NCBI GenBank assembly: GCA_043228905.1
Contig: JBHGNT010000001.1
Span: forward strand, 6,324,001 to 6,388,000
Direction of reading: 5' to 3'
Origin: Azolla caroliniana
Lineage: Eukaryota; Plantae; Polypodiophyta
DNA length: 64,000 nucleotides
Shown piece after piece: positions 25,498 through 37,915 of the stretch. A program made the position numbers and the translations under genes. Numbering within the stretch: position 1 is the first letter of the stretch; the number at the start of each line of letters is the position of its first letter. Below the pieces are notes generated by a model. That model saw only the letters and a list, made by a program, of their open reading frames with translations. It did no database searches and was not told the origin of the DNA.

Positions 25498-28400
25498 TCA
25501 TACATGCTTTCCCCGGTACTTGGGTCGAGGATCTTGCTTATCATTACAATGATCTGTCGATGAGAATACGAGAGAATGCAGACTTAGATCTCTTTCCTCA
25601 AGTAATTCAGCATGCTTTTCCCTGAATTCCTGATGCTTTTGGACAGCTTCAGAGGCCATTTTGTCAGTATACAAAGCGATTTTCTCCATTGTCAGTAAAC
25701 ACCGACTCCATCGCATACTCAAAATCTGCTCACTGCTAGAAATTAGTTTGAAACAATCATGCCTTGGGTAAATACTTTCATAGCACTCATCCCTCGCCAC
25801 AGGAAAGAAGAAGACTAATCTCCCCCCTAATACCAATAATCGCGCAGAGATGTCCAATAGATCATGTACACATTCCGAAAACATGTACGGAGCTGTGGAA
25901 GGAATATGATCTTTCCTCTTATCTTCTGGTATGATATATGGTTCTTTGACTCCCTTCAGTAGCTTACGGCCTCCTGATTTTCTCCCTCCTGCTCGTACTC
26001 CATAAGGAGGATCGCAAATAATTGCATCAAATACCTAAATAAACCACAATTATACTCAAAACCCTAGCAATCCCTCAAAGTGCTTCACGAATACAAAATA
26101 CAACAGAATTGTTAACACTACCATAACATAGATAGTAACAATTTATCCACATATCATTAAGTCCAGGCATTATTATAGCTTTAATCATCTCCAATATTGC
26201 CGAAAGCAAGAAACACAAATGAACATTATTAGTCACTCTTAAGATAGAAAAGAACCTCTTTCAAATTTGATCGCCATGCAGGACTATTATTGTCGGCCCG
26301 AATTAAACCAACTGGTGAAGGTAGGTTGTACTACACATCAACAAAAAGCAGAAAGTAAGTGCTAGTCCAGACAATTTAAATAAATATCTCCACAATAATT
26401 AGTTCAGCTAAAATCCCTTTGTAAATTATTTTAGTCGATTCAGCTACGAGTATTCCTAAGCCACATTTCTAGAGTATTCCTAAGCCACTATAAAAAGAGG
26501 CACATGGCATTATTGAGAACCAAATCAGTTCAACGCCATTTTCTTCTTGAGCACTGACGATGTAATATCACTGATCGGATTCTTACGTGACACGCAGAAT
26601 CTACATGATTGTTAATCAAGCAAAATAATGCAATAAACTGAACCCCTGGAATTGTTACACATTCACACCAATAAGGATCAACTTTCTCATCTGCACTGAA
26701 ATCCTGATACAGGAAATACCCTAGAAACTAACCATCACAGATTTTTGTCAACTCTGAGATAAACTAAGAGTTTGCACAACATGCATGTAAACATAACCCA
26801 GTGAAAATGCGACCCTTCTTGAAAATTCAAGAGCTCTTAACAGACTATTTGACTCTAAAGATCTTTTGAAATACATAATTGGTTGGAGTTAGCTATTAGA
26901 TGATTGGAAACTATCTTTGAGATGGTTACATATTTAAAATATCGCTTGATATGTAAATTTCCAAATCCATTCTTTGACTAATAATTTCTGTAGAATTATA
27001 AAGGAGATTTATCTGTGATTTACAATGCTTTTTAGAAGTGTGCCCTTACATACACGGGGCATCCTCAATTTGGAATCCTCTATTAAATTACAGTGTCACA
27101 AGGATGTGGTATTTTGTTCTCAATTCTACTTTTTAATTTTTTCTCCCAAACTTCTGAAAATAGACCATACAATATTATATAGCTTTGTCTGAAACAGCTG
27201 TCATCCAACAGACCATAGACTGCATGAGTTAACACCATTAAGTCACTTAAAAGATCAAAGTGAGTGGAATAAGTCAATGGATTGGGAGCAAGCGTATTCT
27301 TATTCTAACAAACCTCTTCTGATGTAAAACTTAAATTTGAGATTTAAAACTGCTAGAGAGAGACTCTTGTGTGCTAGAATATTGGCTGAATGGTTATCTT
27401 ACCTGCTGCGGTCAGTGGAGAGTGCCCTGGATGGCCGGGTTCAATCAGAAAATTTGCCTAAAATAAGGTTTTACAGCTGGATTATGTTTTTAGGCCATGA
27501 GTAAAGATATACCAAAAGGAGTCCCAACATTGGGGCCACAAGCTGTAAAACCCCTTGTTCAAGAGCAATCTAGCATCCTGGATGTAAAAGATTTAAGTCT
27601 CACTGAGTCTCTAATCGTAGGAGAGTGAAAATTTTAGCTGAATTGGTTGTTCAATTAATTTTTGGCCACTATCTGGAAGAATATATCAGTTTCAGATAGA
27701 GCTTTCAATACATAGAACAAGATTACTGATAGGATTTTGACAAAAAATACCTCTTCAAAACTACAGGAGTATTTGCAAACTAGACTTACCTGCTTAAAGT
27801 TGCTCCACACATTGCAATTTGGACCATGTCCATCTCTAACAACCTTTAAATCAATGTCTGCACCCTGTGAAAAATATATACTTTTATAAAAGTAGAACAG
27901 TTTTGGCTTACAAATAAAGTACATGTGAACAAGTGAGATCAAGTAAGAGGACAGATGGAAGGTAAATAATAATAATAATAATATAGTAATTAGTTAATTA
28001 CTTGAGTACATAAAAATTAAAATATATAGCTACTCAATAATAAAAATATCTGTGGCAAATGAACAGATGCATTTACTTGGCACTTTCTGTTTATGAAAAA
28101 TCAATGATTTACATTAACAAAATGCTTGTATAGAGTGAAATTCTGAACTTGCAATGGTATATATAAGCATAAACACATGCACAATCCATACATGTAGATG
28201 TGTATATGCATGAGGAAATTTACAAATATGAATGTGTGTGTGTGTAAATGCATGTTTGCTATGTATGTATGATGTAGTCATACATCTCAACATCTTTTGA
28301 CTATAAATAAATAACTGTAAAAACTGACAGCTGTACAGTGTCAACAACTTCTCTCCTACCAGTGAATTACATGGACTATTTGATACATTGAACAGCTAGG

Positions 28401-30973
28401 ATTCCTTGTTTATTTCAGCCAAGAGAACATGGATGTTAATTCTTCAACATGTTTAACTAGGAAGGGCAGGTGGAATCTAGCACATGTTACCGAAAATTAT
28501 CAAGGAATTATAAATAAGCAACCTTACATAAGAATGGTAAGCTGTATATCACATTGATCCCCATTAGAATGTTCGATTTTTTACTGTGTGTTGCCGATTT
28601 CCTCAGAATCTCAACTTACAATCATGATGACAGATTTCAGTCACAGTACTCGGAATTAATAAGAATAAGAAAGCTTACTTAAGAATAGTTTGATTCATGT
28701 CAAAGATATCATCTTTAGAATGTAAATGTTTACAGATAATTATGTGTTTCATGTAAATGCATATTTACTCTAAATTAATATGAATAAAAAGCTTACTTAA
28801 GGAAGATTTTGGGAATGTAACAATGATCCTCTCATAAATTGTAACATAAGTTCAAGTCTTTGTTAAACTAGGTGCTTACCCATGTAAACGTGCATTTCCT
28901 TAAAATCTCAAATCACAATTATAACAAGAAGATGCTACCTTACTTTCAAAACAAGTATTCGAATATTGATGCTCTCAGCTAATTACGTCTAGCCATGCAA
29001 ATGCAAACATTTCCTCATAGCCACAAGCTTAGACTCTTTATGACAACATTAGTCTCATGCACATCTCAAACTTACGATCGTGATGGCACCAAAGTGAGCT
29101 GCAGCTACAAGAATGCTCCCAGTACCAACAAATGGATCAAACACAAATTTTCCCGGTTTTACCAACGCTTGATTCGCCATAAGAAAAGCTAGTTCTGCAT
29201 CCATGGCTGTTGGACCAAGATAATTGCGCTTACTAAGCTCGTACTTTGTGACCAGATTTCGTTCACTATTTCCTATCTTGCGACCAAACATTATTAGTTT
29301 TTGTATCACGGGAGGAAGGCCATTGTTTATGATTTCTTTGTCTGTCTCAAGAAACCAGAAAATATGTTGTGGCTTCTTTAGGTCAACCTTTCCCTGAGAA
29401 AGCAATAATCATTCCTATGAAATTAATTCATAAGCCAATGAGATCTTCATTCTCAACACTGGAAACTTCGTACAGGAAATTCTCTGAAAACACACCTAAG
29501 CTTTTCTTTACTTCCCCAAACGTTCCTCTGTTTCGTTATTTCCTCAAATGTCCTTGATCAAATAGAGAAAGAGCACAAAAATGACGAATTAACCATATAA
29601 TTGGACAAATAGAACCTATAATTAGGAAAAAGAGGATAGGCCGTATAATTGCTCTTTAAGGAGTTGACCATATTGGGAAATAACAGAAGAGACGGTGCAT
29701 TTGAGGAGATATCAGAAAACTTGAGGAGTATTTTCGGAGATTTCATCTTAATTGCATACATATCTAAACTGCTAACCTCAAAAGAAATGTAGTCTAGACT
29801 GTTCATTCTTTCCGTCTGTTCACGAAGACTCAAAGCCTTCCCAAAACATTCAACTGCTATTTTAAATGTAGTGTTTGGTGACAAATATGGATCCTTTCTG
29901 TCCTTTGGATAACTCTGGATTGATTCACGCAATTCTTCCAATGATTCTCCAAATCCCCATACTTCCATCACTCCTTTCAGAAGAAAACCTAAAAAACGTT
30001 TGGATGCATGAATAAAAGGATGTTTTTTCTCCAGTTTCCTCTAATTGCATACATTACCATGATTGAGATGCGTATTGGCAAAAGTTAACATTTTCTTTGA
30101 CAATTATTTCAGAATGTAGGTATCACAGGTTATGAGAGCTGGAAGAGAAACAAAGAAAGAGAATTAGATGGAAAAAGGGGCAGGGCCATGATGAGAATTG
30201 ACAGTGATAACCTAAACGGATGATAATTCAAGGAAAAGGGGCAGGGCCATGATGAGAATTGACAGTGATAACCTAAACGGATGATAATTCAAGGATTCAC
30301 AGCACATGTGGTGACATCATCCGTGTACATATTTTGCTTTCTCTGAGTTATTTCACATTACATGAACTACAGCTTATAAAAAATAGAATAAAAGGAAAGA
30401 GAAAGCACAAATGTTTAGATGCAAACTATGAAACTTAACAAAATCTTGCTTTTGAATTATTTCACATTGTCAGCATCGCAGTTTTCAGAATTAGAGGACA
30501 ACGAAAGGAAACAAACGAGAGAGAGAGAGAGAGAGAGATGATGGAGATGGAGATGGAGATGGAGATGGAGATGGAGATGGAGATGGAGATGTGACGAAAA
30601 TAAAGAAGAAGAAATTATGATAATCATGAAGAAGAAGAAGGCAATCGCCACAATTCGAGAAAAACGGGAAGAATTTCAGCATCATAACCCTCATGCAATG
30701 AATCAATATAATGAGCAGATTGCAAGACAACTTACTCCTGGACGCAATATTACAAGCCATTTCTTCAGAAGGCAAGTCCACGAAGTAGAAAGGAGAATCT
30801 GGATGATGATGCGATGGCTGCTTGAAACGAAGAGGAAGGTGACGATGATCATCGCCTTCCTCTCTTTCTCGTCCGCTTTCTTCTTCTTCATCTGAGAAGA
30901 GCTTAGCGAGCGCTTGGACCTCAGGCAACCTGTAGTCCAACAAGCGGTGAAGGAAGTAGAAGAGATACCACAT
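25498..30973 (-). CDS. TRM11: tRNA (guanine(10)-N2)-methyltransferase
   Basis: Six phase-consistent exons: 30973-30736, 29988-29777, 29393-29076, 27864-27790, 26330-26256, 26034-25498. Motifs MWYL..FLHRLLDYR, YLGPTAMDAELA, SAM-binding DPFVGTGS, GADID, catalytic DPPYG and C-terminal RPKYRGKHV. Confidence 0.95.
30172..30295. repeat. 61-bp near-perfect tandem duplication in TRM11 intron 1
   Basis: aaaaggggcagggccatgatgagaattgacagtgataacctaaacggatgataattcaagga occurs twice in tandem. Confidence 0.95.
30517..30591. repeat. (GA)n + (GGAGAT)n compound microsatellite in TRM11 intron 1
   Basis: Read directly; it produces the spurious poly-HL and poly-SP translations in the ORF track. Confidence 0.93.
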
Positions 30974-31218
30974 GTCGCCACGTTTCTTCCTTCTCAGGCT
31001 TTCTGAGTGCAGCTGCAGCTGCTGATGAGACCGAGACTGCGTATGGTTTTGTCTGGGTGAGGAGCAAAGGGAGCAGCCATGGATTACAGAAATGTTCGCA
31101 GGAACTACAGAAATGTTCGCCGAAATTACAGAAATGTACCTTCCTGCTCCTCATGGTTGGGTAGAGGTGTCGGGTAGAGGCGTCTCGAGGGTTCCTGCTT
31201 CTGGTGTTCCACCAGAGC

Positions 31219-31251
31219 AAACCCTAATATGTCCGCGTTCACATTAGCCCA
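31219..31251. promoter_or_regulatory. Telo-box (AAACCCTAA) plus site II element (AGCCCA/TGGGCT) upstream of TRM11
   Basis: AAACCCTAA at 31219-31227 and AGCCCA at 31246-31251 (second AGCCCA at ~31479). This pair is known from plant translation and ribosome-biogenesis gene promoters. Confidence 0.6.
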
Positions 31252-32459
31252 CCGGACACATTCTCTCGCAGAGTGGAGACCTTGGCTCTATGTATGTGCA
31301 TTGTTGGTGCTCATGGTAGAAAACTATAGCATGATAAGAAAGTCGTACTACGAGTGCAACATGCATCGTCCGTAGAGAGACTCGAGATCCCACCATAGGC
31401 TTCGATTTACCCGCTCTCTCTTCGTGTCGCAAACTAATTGCCACCTGGCCTTCGTTCTTGCATACATCTGTATATATTAGCCCATGATGAGCCATACAGG
31501 AAATTATATGTAGTAGTTTCTTCCATGAGTTGAAAACGTTATAGGTTATGCATTCTTGGTAGCATGCCTTTCCTTGCGATCATTCCCTTGGATGTTAAAG
31601 TGTGTGAAGGTACAAATTCCATAGTATGTTTGAAGGGACCTTGCATGAAACTAATAATTCTATGTTTATGGATGCATCATCGAGCACATAAATCCGTCCA
31701 TTATAGTTCAAACCTAGCTAATGCAAAAAAAGTATGTTAGTTCATCCCATTGGCTCGATTAGGGGCCCATCAAATATATGCCACGTAGCTAAAGTATACG
31801 TTAAACTATTTAGTTTGAACTCCATTAAGGACAACAGGCCTAACCATTTAGAAGTGTAACTAATGAATATATGACAACAATTATGGCCATGAAGCCAACA
31901 ATTATGCGCAATGTATGTCGAAGAGAGACGTCCCACCATTCAATCAAATTCCAAGCTCAAGACAAAAAAGTGTGTCTGTTGCGCTCCAATTTGTTGAGGA
32001 ACCTCATTGGATACTACCATACACATTACATAAAACAATTAATATACGTATGACCATTTCAACAAGCTTTCGGCAAAGATCCCCATTACCATTCATGCTA
32101 GAGACTTGCATCATGTAGTCCACAACTAATGAATGCAAGGCACGACACAATGACGTGAAAGACAATGTCGAGGATGTGTGATGTGCGCATACATACAGAC
32201 AGACACATGCACACATGCGCGCAAACATGCATACATACACACACACACACGTACGTACAGATATACAGTGTACATACATACATACATACATACATACATA
32301 CACACATACATATTGTTACATTGTTACTTGCTTAGCCAAGTCAGTCCTAGGGGAAGTATTTGTGAAGAAGAAGATAATAGATAGATAGACTGTATTGAGT
32401 GCCCAGCTCTTCCTCTCAGGAACAGAGTCGCTTTTGAAGAAGCCATTATCTACACAGCT

Positions 32460-34204
32460 ATGGCTTCTGTTTCTACCCCTTCCCCTTCCGCTGCTTCTGC
32501 TTTGCTTGTCTCCGCAGCGCCTTCATCGGTTCGATCCCCCCCTGCTTCTTCCTCTGCCATACCGTTTTTGGGCAGCAAACCCATCAAACTCTTCGTTTCA
32601 CCACGCCAACAAGGTCAGAGAATCTTCTATTCTTAAGACCAGCAGAACAAAATCACACCATGTGTTAGTATGTATGTGTATGTTTGTATATGCTCAATGT
32701 GTGCGTGCGCGTGTGTGTTTCTGTATCTGTCCTTGTGTATTCTGTATCTGTTGCTCACACAATTGCATTAATACCGATATTAACTTAGACTAGGTTCATA
32801 TGTGTCATGAAATTCGAATTTCCATGTGGGGTTTGATCAAAGATGTTTGCCTTTCATATTAGTTAAGCTTGGCATGATTTTCATTATGAATGCTTACAAT
32901 TTTGGGATCTTTTAGTTTTCCTTATGTATGAATGGCTATAATAAAATATAATTAAACTTAAGGCAGGCTCACGTAGATCTTTGCCGCTCATAGTGAGATC
33001 AAAAGCTTCATCTGAAGAAGGATCAACGAGTTTTCAGGCTGAAGAACTACTGGATGATTTGAAATCTAAGGTATATATGACAAGGATCCGTTTTGCTAAG
33101 GGTTTCAGTGATGAATTGGTTCTAGGAGGTTACATTGGCATTATCTAAGGAATAAATGAACAAATAAATGAACAAATAAATGAACGAGTGAACGAATAAA
33201 TGAACGAGTGAACGAATAAATGATGATGATATTATATTATTGTTTGTTGCAGTGGGATTCTATTGAAAACAAGACTAGTGTTGCGATATATGGTGGAGGT
33301 GCCCTGCTTGCTTTATGGTTGTCCTCAACCATTGTCAGCGCAGTTAATTCAGTGCCCTTGGTGAGCTACATGTATACTCAATATATATGTGTGCCAAAAC
33401 ATGTATGTGTATTCATTTATCCATTAGTACATATATACTTACATAGATCTATGCATCTGCACAAGACATAGATATATGCATAAATATATTCACATATACA
33501 CTCACACACACATATCTATTGAATATACACATACACTTATCCATAAAATATACACATCCATATGCATAAATGCATATATGTATGCATGTACATATATACA
33601 TTCCACATGTATATTGTAAAGTAGGACAAGAAACTTTGTCAACCTTCCTCTATCTCCCAAGTCTCCACATTATGTTTGCTTTTTAATATTCTTTTTACTG
33701 TCCTCTTCTCATTTCCAGTTACCAAAGTTTTTGGAACTTGTTGGCTTAGCATATACTGCTTGGTTTGCATATCGATATCTTCTCTTCAAGGTACTTCCAG
33801 AAAACTCTACCACATTTTGATTTATTATGTGCAAAAACAATTAGCAAGATGTCACTGCAGCTCAACATTTCCCTCCATCTCACTCAAATCCATGATTTTG
33901 AACAAGTTTCAAAATTTTGGAAGATAATTAATTTGATCTAGCAGAACAACGAGGAGGATTTAAGCGTTGGAAATTAATTACTTCTTGAAAATGTGAATCT
34001 CATTGAGAAATTTAAGAAAATTAGTTTGCTAATTAAAACCTTTCATAATTTTGTTTGAAAATATTTATTTGTGCATTTATGTTTGGCATTGTCTAAATCG
34101 TTCGTCTTTGCATTGATGTTTTTGTTAAACAGGAGAATAGAAAGGAATTGGTTGCAGACGTTGAAGAGCTCACATCAAAGATTACAGGAAGTGAAAAGGA
34201 ATAA
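32460..34204 (+). CDS. CURT1: CURVATURE THYLAKOID 1 family protein, chloroplastic (CURT1A-like)
   Basis: Exons 32460-32613, 32967-33070, 33253-33360, 33719-33790, 34133-34204, all GT..AG and in phase. Ser/Ala-rich transit peptide, then DDLKSKWDSIENK..YGGGALLALWLSS..VPLLPKFLELVGLAYTAWFAYRYLLFK..RKELVADVE. Confidence 0.95.
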
Positions 34205-36276
34205 TAGGCATACAAGGAAGTTTTTCAACTCTTCATATTTATTTGTAACCTTCTGTTAGTCGCGCTTGTAAATATCATCTCTATGACATTTTAATGATTG
34301 GGAGTTTCTTTACATGGAAAGACCTGTTTCGGCTTGGTATTAGTGGATTGAGACTTAATGTAAGACCTTGACTTGTGTTGGTTTTCTATACTTTGTTCAA
34401 TTCGAAACTCCAAGGAGAGGAGATAATTAATGATCCAACGTTCGTTCTGTGCATTTGGTAAGTCGGATTCAGTTAATATTGCATAGTCCAGATATCAATT
34501 GTTGAATGGACACAATCGGATATAAAGTTGTGATTACAACTTGTGAAGTTTCAAAAGTTGGAAAACACAAATATATGCATTGCAGTTGAAGTTTCCAGTA
34601 ATTCCCAAAACCTCACGTAAAGGCCCAAATATCTTTATCTTGGGAATTTTTGATTGAATATGCTATTGCTAGTATGGATTCCAATTTCAATTCCTACCCC
34701 ATGCTACAATGGCATCGCCTTCAATTTTGGGTTTTTTGAAAGTTCATGTCACATTTTGGACAAAACAACCCGCATGGTAATTTGAAGTGCTTCATAACTT
34801 TTTCCTTCAGTTATAAAACAATTCTTGCTAAATGCATGTTTGGAGTAGCAATATTAGCCTTTCAAAGGTATAAATGAGATTAAACACTCATAATTGAATC
34901 AGCATTGACCATTGATACACAAATTTCAAGTCACCCCTTGTGAAGCCTTGGTCATTCACTAGGATTCCTCATTGTTGGTGGGTTAATCATGGTTCTTTGT
35001 ATTGTCATATGTAAGGGGGGCAAGGAAAATTGATTTGGAAGTTTTTGCACTTGAGCTCTATAGTTGTGCCTTTATGCTAACCTTAAGAGGGTGGTTTACC
35101 TTGCCTTAAGATTCTCGTTAATGTAGTAAAGACACCAAGGGTTTGCAATGTTGTTTTTAAAATGTGCATTGCATGTTACTTTTATGGGAGAGAGAGAGAG
35201 AGATTCAATCATCCAACACTTAATTATGGGCAGGGCTTTGTGCTAGCTAATCATAAAACACTATTAAAGTGGTTACCTTACCATATGATTATTGCTATTA
35301 TGGAAAAGATGATAAGGGTTCTCTAGTATGGCCATGTTGCTTTTAATATATACATTACTTTTATGAGGAGAGAGACATAGATATATGTAGAGCCAATCAT
35401 CCATTAGTCATTAGATAGATGCAATGCATTCGCGATATCGCTCCCCTCAAATGAAGCAATTAAGGGCAACAAAACCATGTGATGTGTAATTCTCAACTAT
35501 ATCGGTTCATTAGAAGGAAGCAATAATTGGGTGATCATAATTGCCGACCCCATACATTCGCCCAAGTGCTAGAGGCCTCACATGTTAGATTAGATGTTGT
35601 ACTGCTAAAAATTACTGGTAAGGGGAGTATTGATCCCCGAGTTAGTGATGATAACTGTATTCAAAGTTTCCACAACTCTTTGACGACCATGGATGCTTGC
35701 GTACTCACGATATACGACGATCACAATCAATGTTATATACATCAATCCAAGTGAAGGTACACGTACATCCATCCATCCATACCTAGAAAACACACATACG
35801 TATGTATGTACATTACATACATGCATTTCTTACAAACGTACGTACATTGCATGCGTACATTACATACATAACATTACATACATACACACATAGTATGAAG
35901 TTTGAACCATACGTACATTCGCATTCGAGAATGTTTCAAATCGTTCGAGTACGGTAAACACCCTCGGAGTATGGTAAATACCATACGTTTTGTATTCATT
36001 AATAAGGTAAATGTTTTTGTTTTTTTAAAGGTAAGAAAGTTAAGGTAAAAAGTGTTCTAAAAAAAAAAAAGAAAAAAGAACATAAGAATGTTTTGATAGC
36101 ATACGTATTCGTTGGCATTCGTATGAAAAAAGAATGATTGCCCATGCATTCGAGTATATTATTACGTACAATGCGTGACACACACAGAGAGCAGAAGAAG
36201 ACAGACGCAGAAGAAAGAAAGAAAGGAAGGAAAGAAGGAAGGAAGGAAGGAAGGAGCAGAGACGAGAGAGACAGGA

Positions 36277-36625
36277 ATGGTGGTGTCAGAGGCTGGCCCT
36301 GGCCCTGGCCCTGCGGCGGGGGCGGCGGCGGCGGCGGCGGAGGGGCCAAAGCGCCACCCGAACTTCCTCCGCCTGCTGTACAGGAGCGCCGCCGGGCAGA
36401 AGCATGGCCTGGCGGTGGTTGTGCTCTCCACCTCCTGCCTCTTCCTCTCCCTCTCCATGCTCCACCACAAGCGGCGGAACGACGACCTCCTGCAACACCT
36501 CTCCTCCCTCCAGCACGACAACGACTCCCTCAGACAAACCATAGCCGCAGCATCCCACATCGTCTTCTCTTCTCCCCCTCCCCCTCCAATTTCCCCTCAG
36601 GTCTCTGCCGCTGCAACTACAGGTA

Positions 36626-36665
<40 letters not shown>

Positions 36666-37803
36666 CCCTATCTTGATTTCTTCTCTGCGCTCTAATGTGG
36701 ATTGAAAGTCCATCTCGCTTGTAAAATTCTTTGGAGTTTCTGCATCGCCAAAAGACGCTTCTATTCGTCCCTCTCCCTATTGCTCAGGCTACTGCTCGCG
36801 CACTCTCTCTCTCTCTCTTTCTCTGGGTACCCCCACTGTGGCTACTATTGGATGAAGCTCTATCGAGCTGTATGCCCTTCCCATAAGTTTAACAATAACA
36901 AACACATCTTGAAAATGTTTCCAAAATTGTCCCCCCAAGGTCAGAAATTGGAAGTTGGATGCTGACCACAGGAAAATGGAGAAAGCCATTTCCTTTTCTT
37001 TTCAGCCAGATGGATCCAAGCCATCTGGTAATGGTCTACAAGTGGGCATGGCATGCACACGGAGAGGAAAGAAAGAGAGACGAAAATATGATTCCATGTT
37101 TTATTGGAATCCTTCCATTCGAAATGGATAATGACCCAAAATACGTCAAAGCTCTGGTAGTATTACAGCCCCATTAACACCCAAATTTGGGAAAATTACC
37201 CTGGAATAGAGAATTAGCATCATCCCAGGTTTTCCATGGAACTAAGTACTTGCAAGAAACAGCACTCTCTTGACAAGTGCTGTGTAATATAAGTAATTTA
37301 ATGGATTCAGTCTTGGTTAATTCAAACTTGTCTGGTCTCGGGTGACTATGGTAGTTTGTGTTTCGTTGTAATGGTACATCTTTCAACAAAAGGAAAACTA
37401 ATTATGGTCTTAGAATGTACTATTGGAATCGTTCCACTGTAAAAAGACCTCAAAGAACTTTCATATATGTGTTAAATGAGGTCACGTACCGGATAGTTTG
37501 GATATATTCCCCTGTATTTCCCAAATAAATGTAGAAAGTCTTTTGCAATCAAAATTTCACCATGGCATGATCGTAAAGTTTTTATCCATTATTTCCTCGT
37601 ATAAGAAATCAAGCACTTCTGTGCAGTTCTTCTCTGGATTCCTTAATAAGATCAGCCTCTCTGAATGCAATGTATACATAAATTCAGTCACTGTTAAGTG
37701 TTTATTTCCAAATATATAGAGTGACTAATGAATGTTTTTGTTTTACTTTGTGTCAGATTTACCTGCATCACCTTCAACTGCTGGAAGTGGCTTCATGGTT
37801 TAG
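36277..37803 (+). CDS. Small (~130 aa) uncharacterised protein with one hydrophobic segment and a coiled coil
   Basis: GC-rich exon 36277-36622 (MVVSEAGPGP...LAVVVLSTSCLFLSLSML HHKRRNDDLLQHLSSLQHDNDSLRQTI...) splices in phase to 37757-37803 (DLPASPSTAGSGFMV*). An alternative donor at 36600/36601 is possible. Confidence 0.65.
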
Positions 37804-37915
37804 GAGCTACTTTACTATGTCAAGGACTTCAAAGATGTGGCACAGGCATGTTAAATGGCGTTATGTTCTTGTGAATATTTTCCTTTGTGCTTCTTGGAAA
37901 GAGTAGAAGATCTTG

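Noticed and set aside
27376-27456. Intact tRNA gene
   Set aside because: A- and B-box-like motifs are present, but the T-stem and acceptor stem do not pair. Kept only as a SINE-like lead.
31084-31137. Three ~20-bp-spaced repeats, superficially CRISPR-like
   Set aside because: Eukaryotic context, no unique spacers of CRISPR length, no cas genes; a simple minisatellite.
32004-32384. Cys/Val/Tyr-rich ORFs on several frames
   Set aside because: Translations of (TACA)n and (CA)n microsatellites.
35999-36695. Alternative-frame and antisense ORFs over the small gene, and similar ones over CDI and GPAT
   Set aside because: Stop-poor shadows of GC-rich coding exons.
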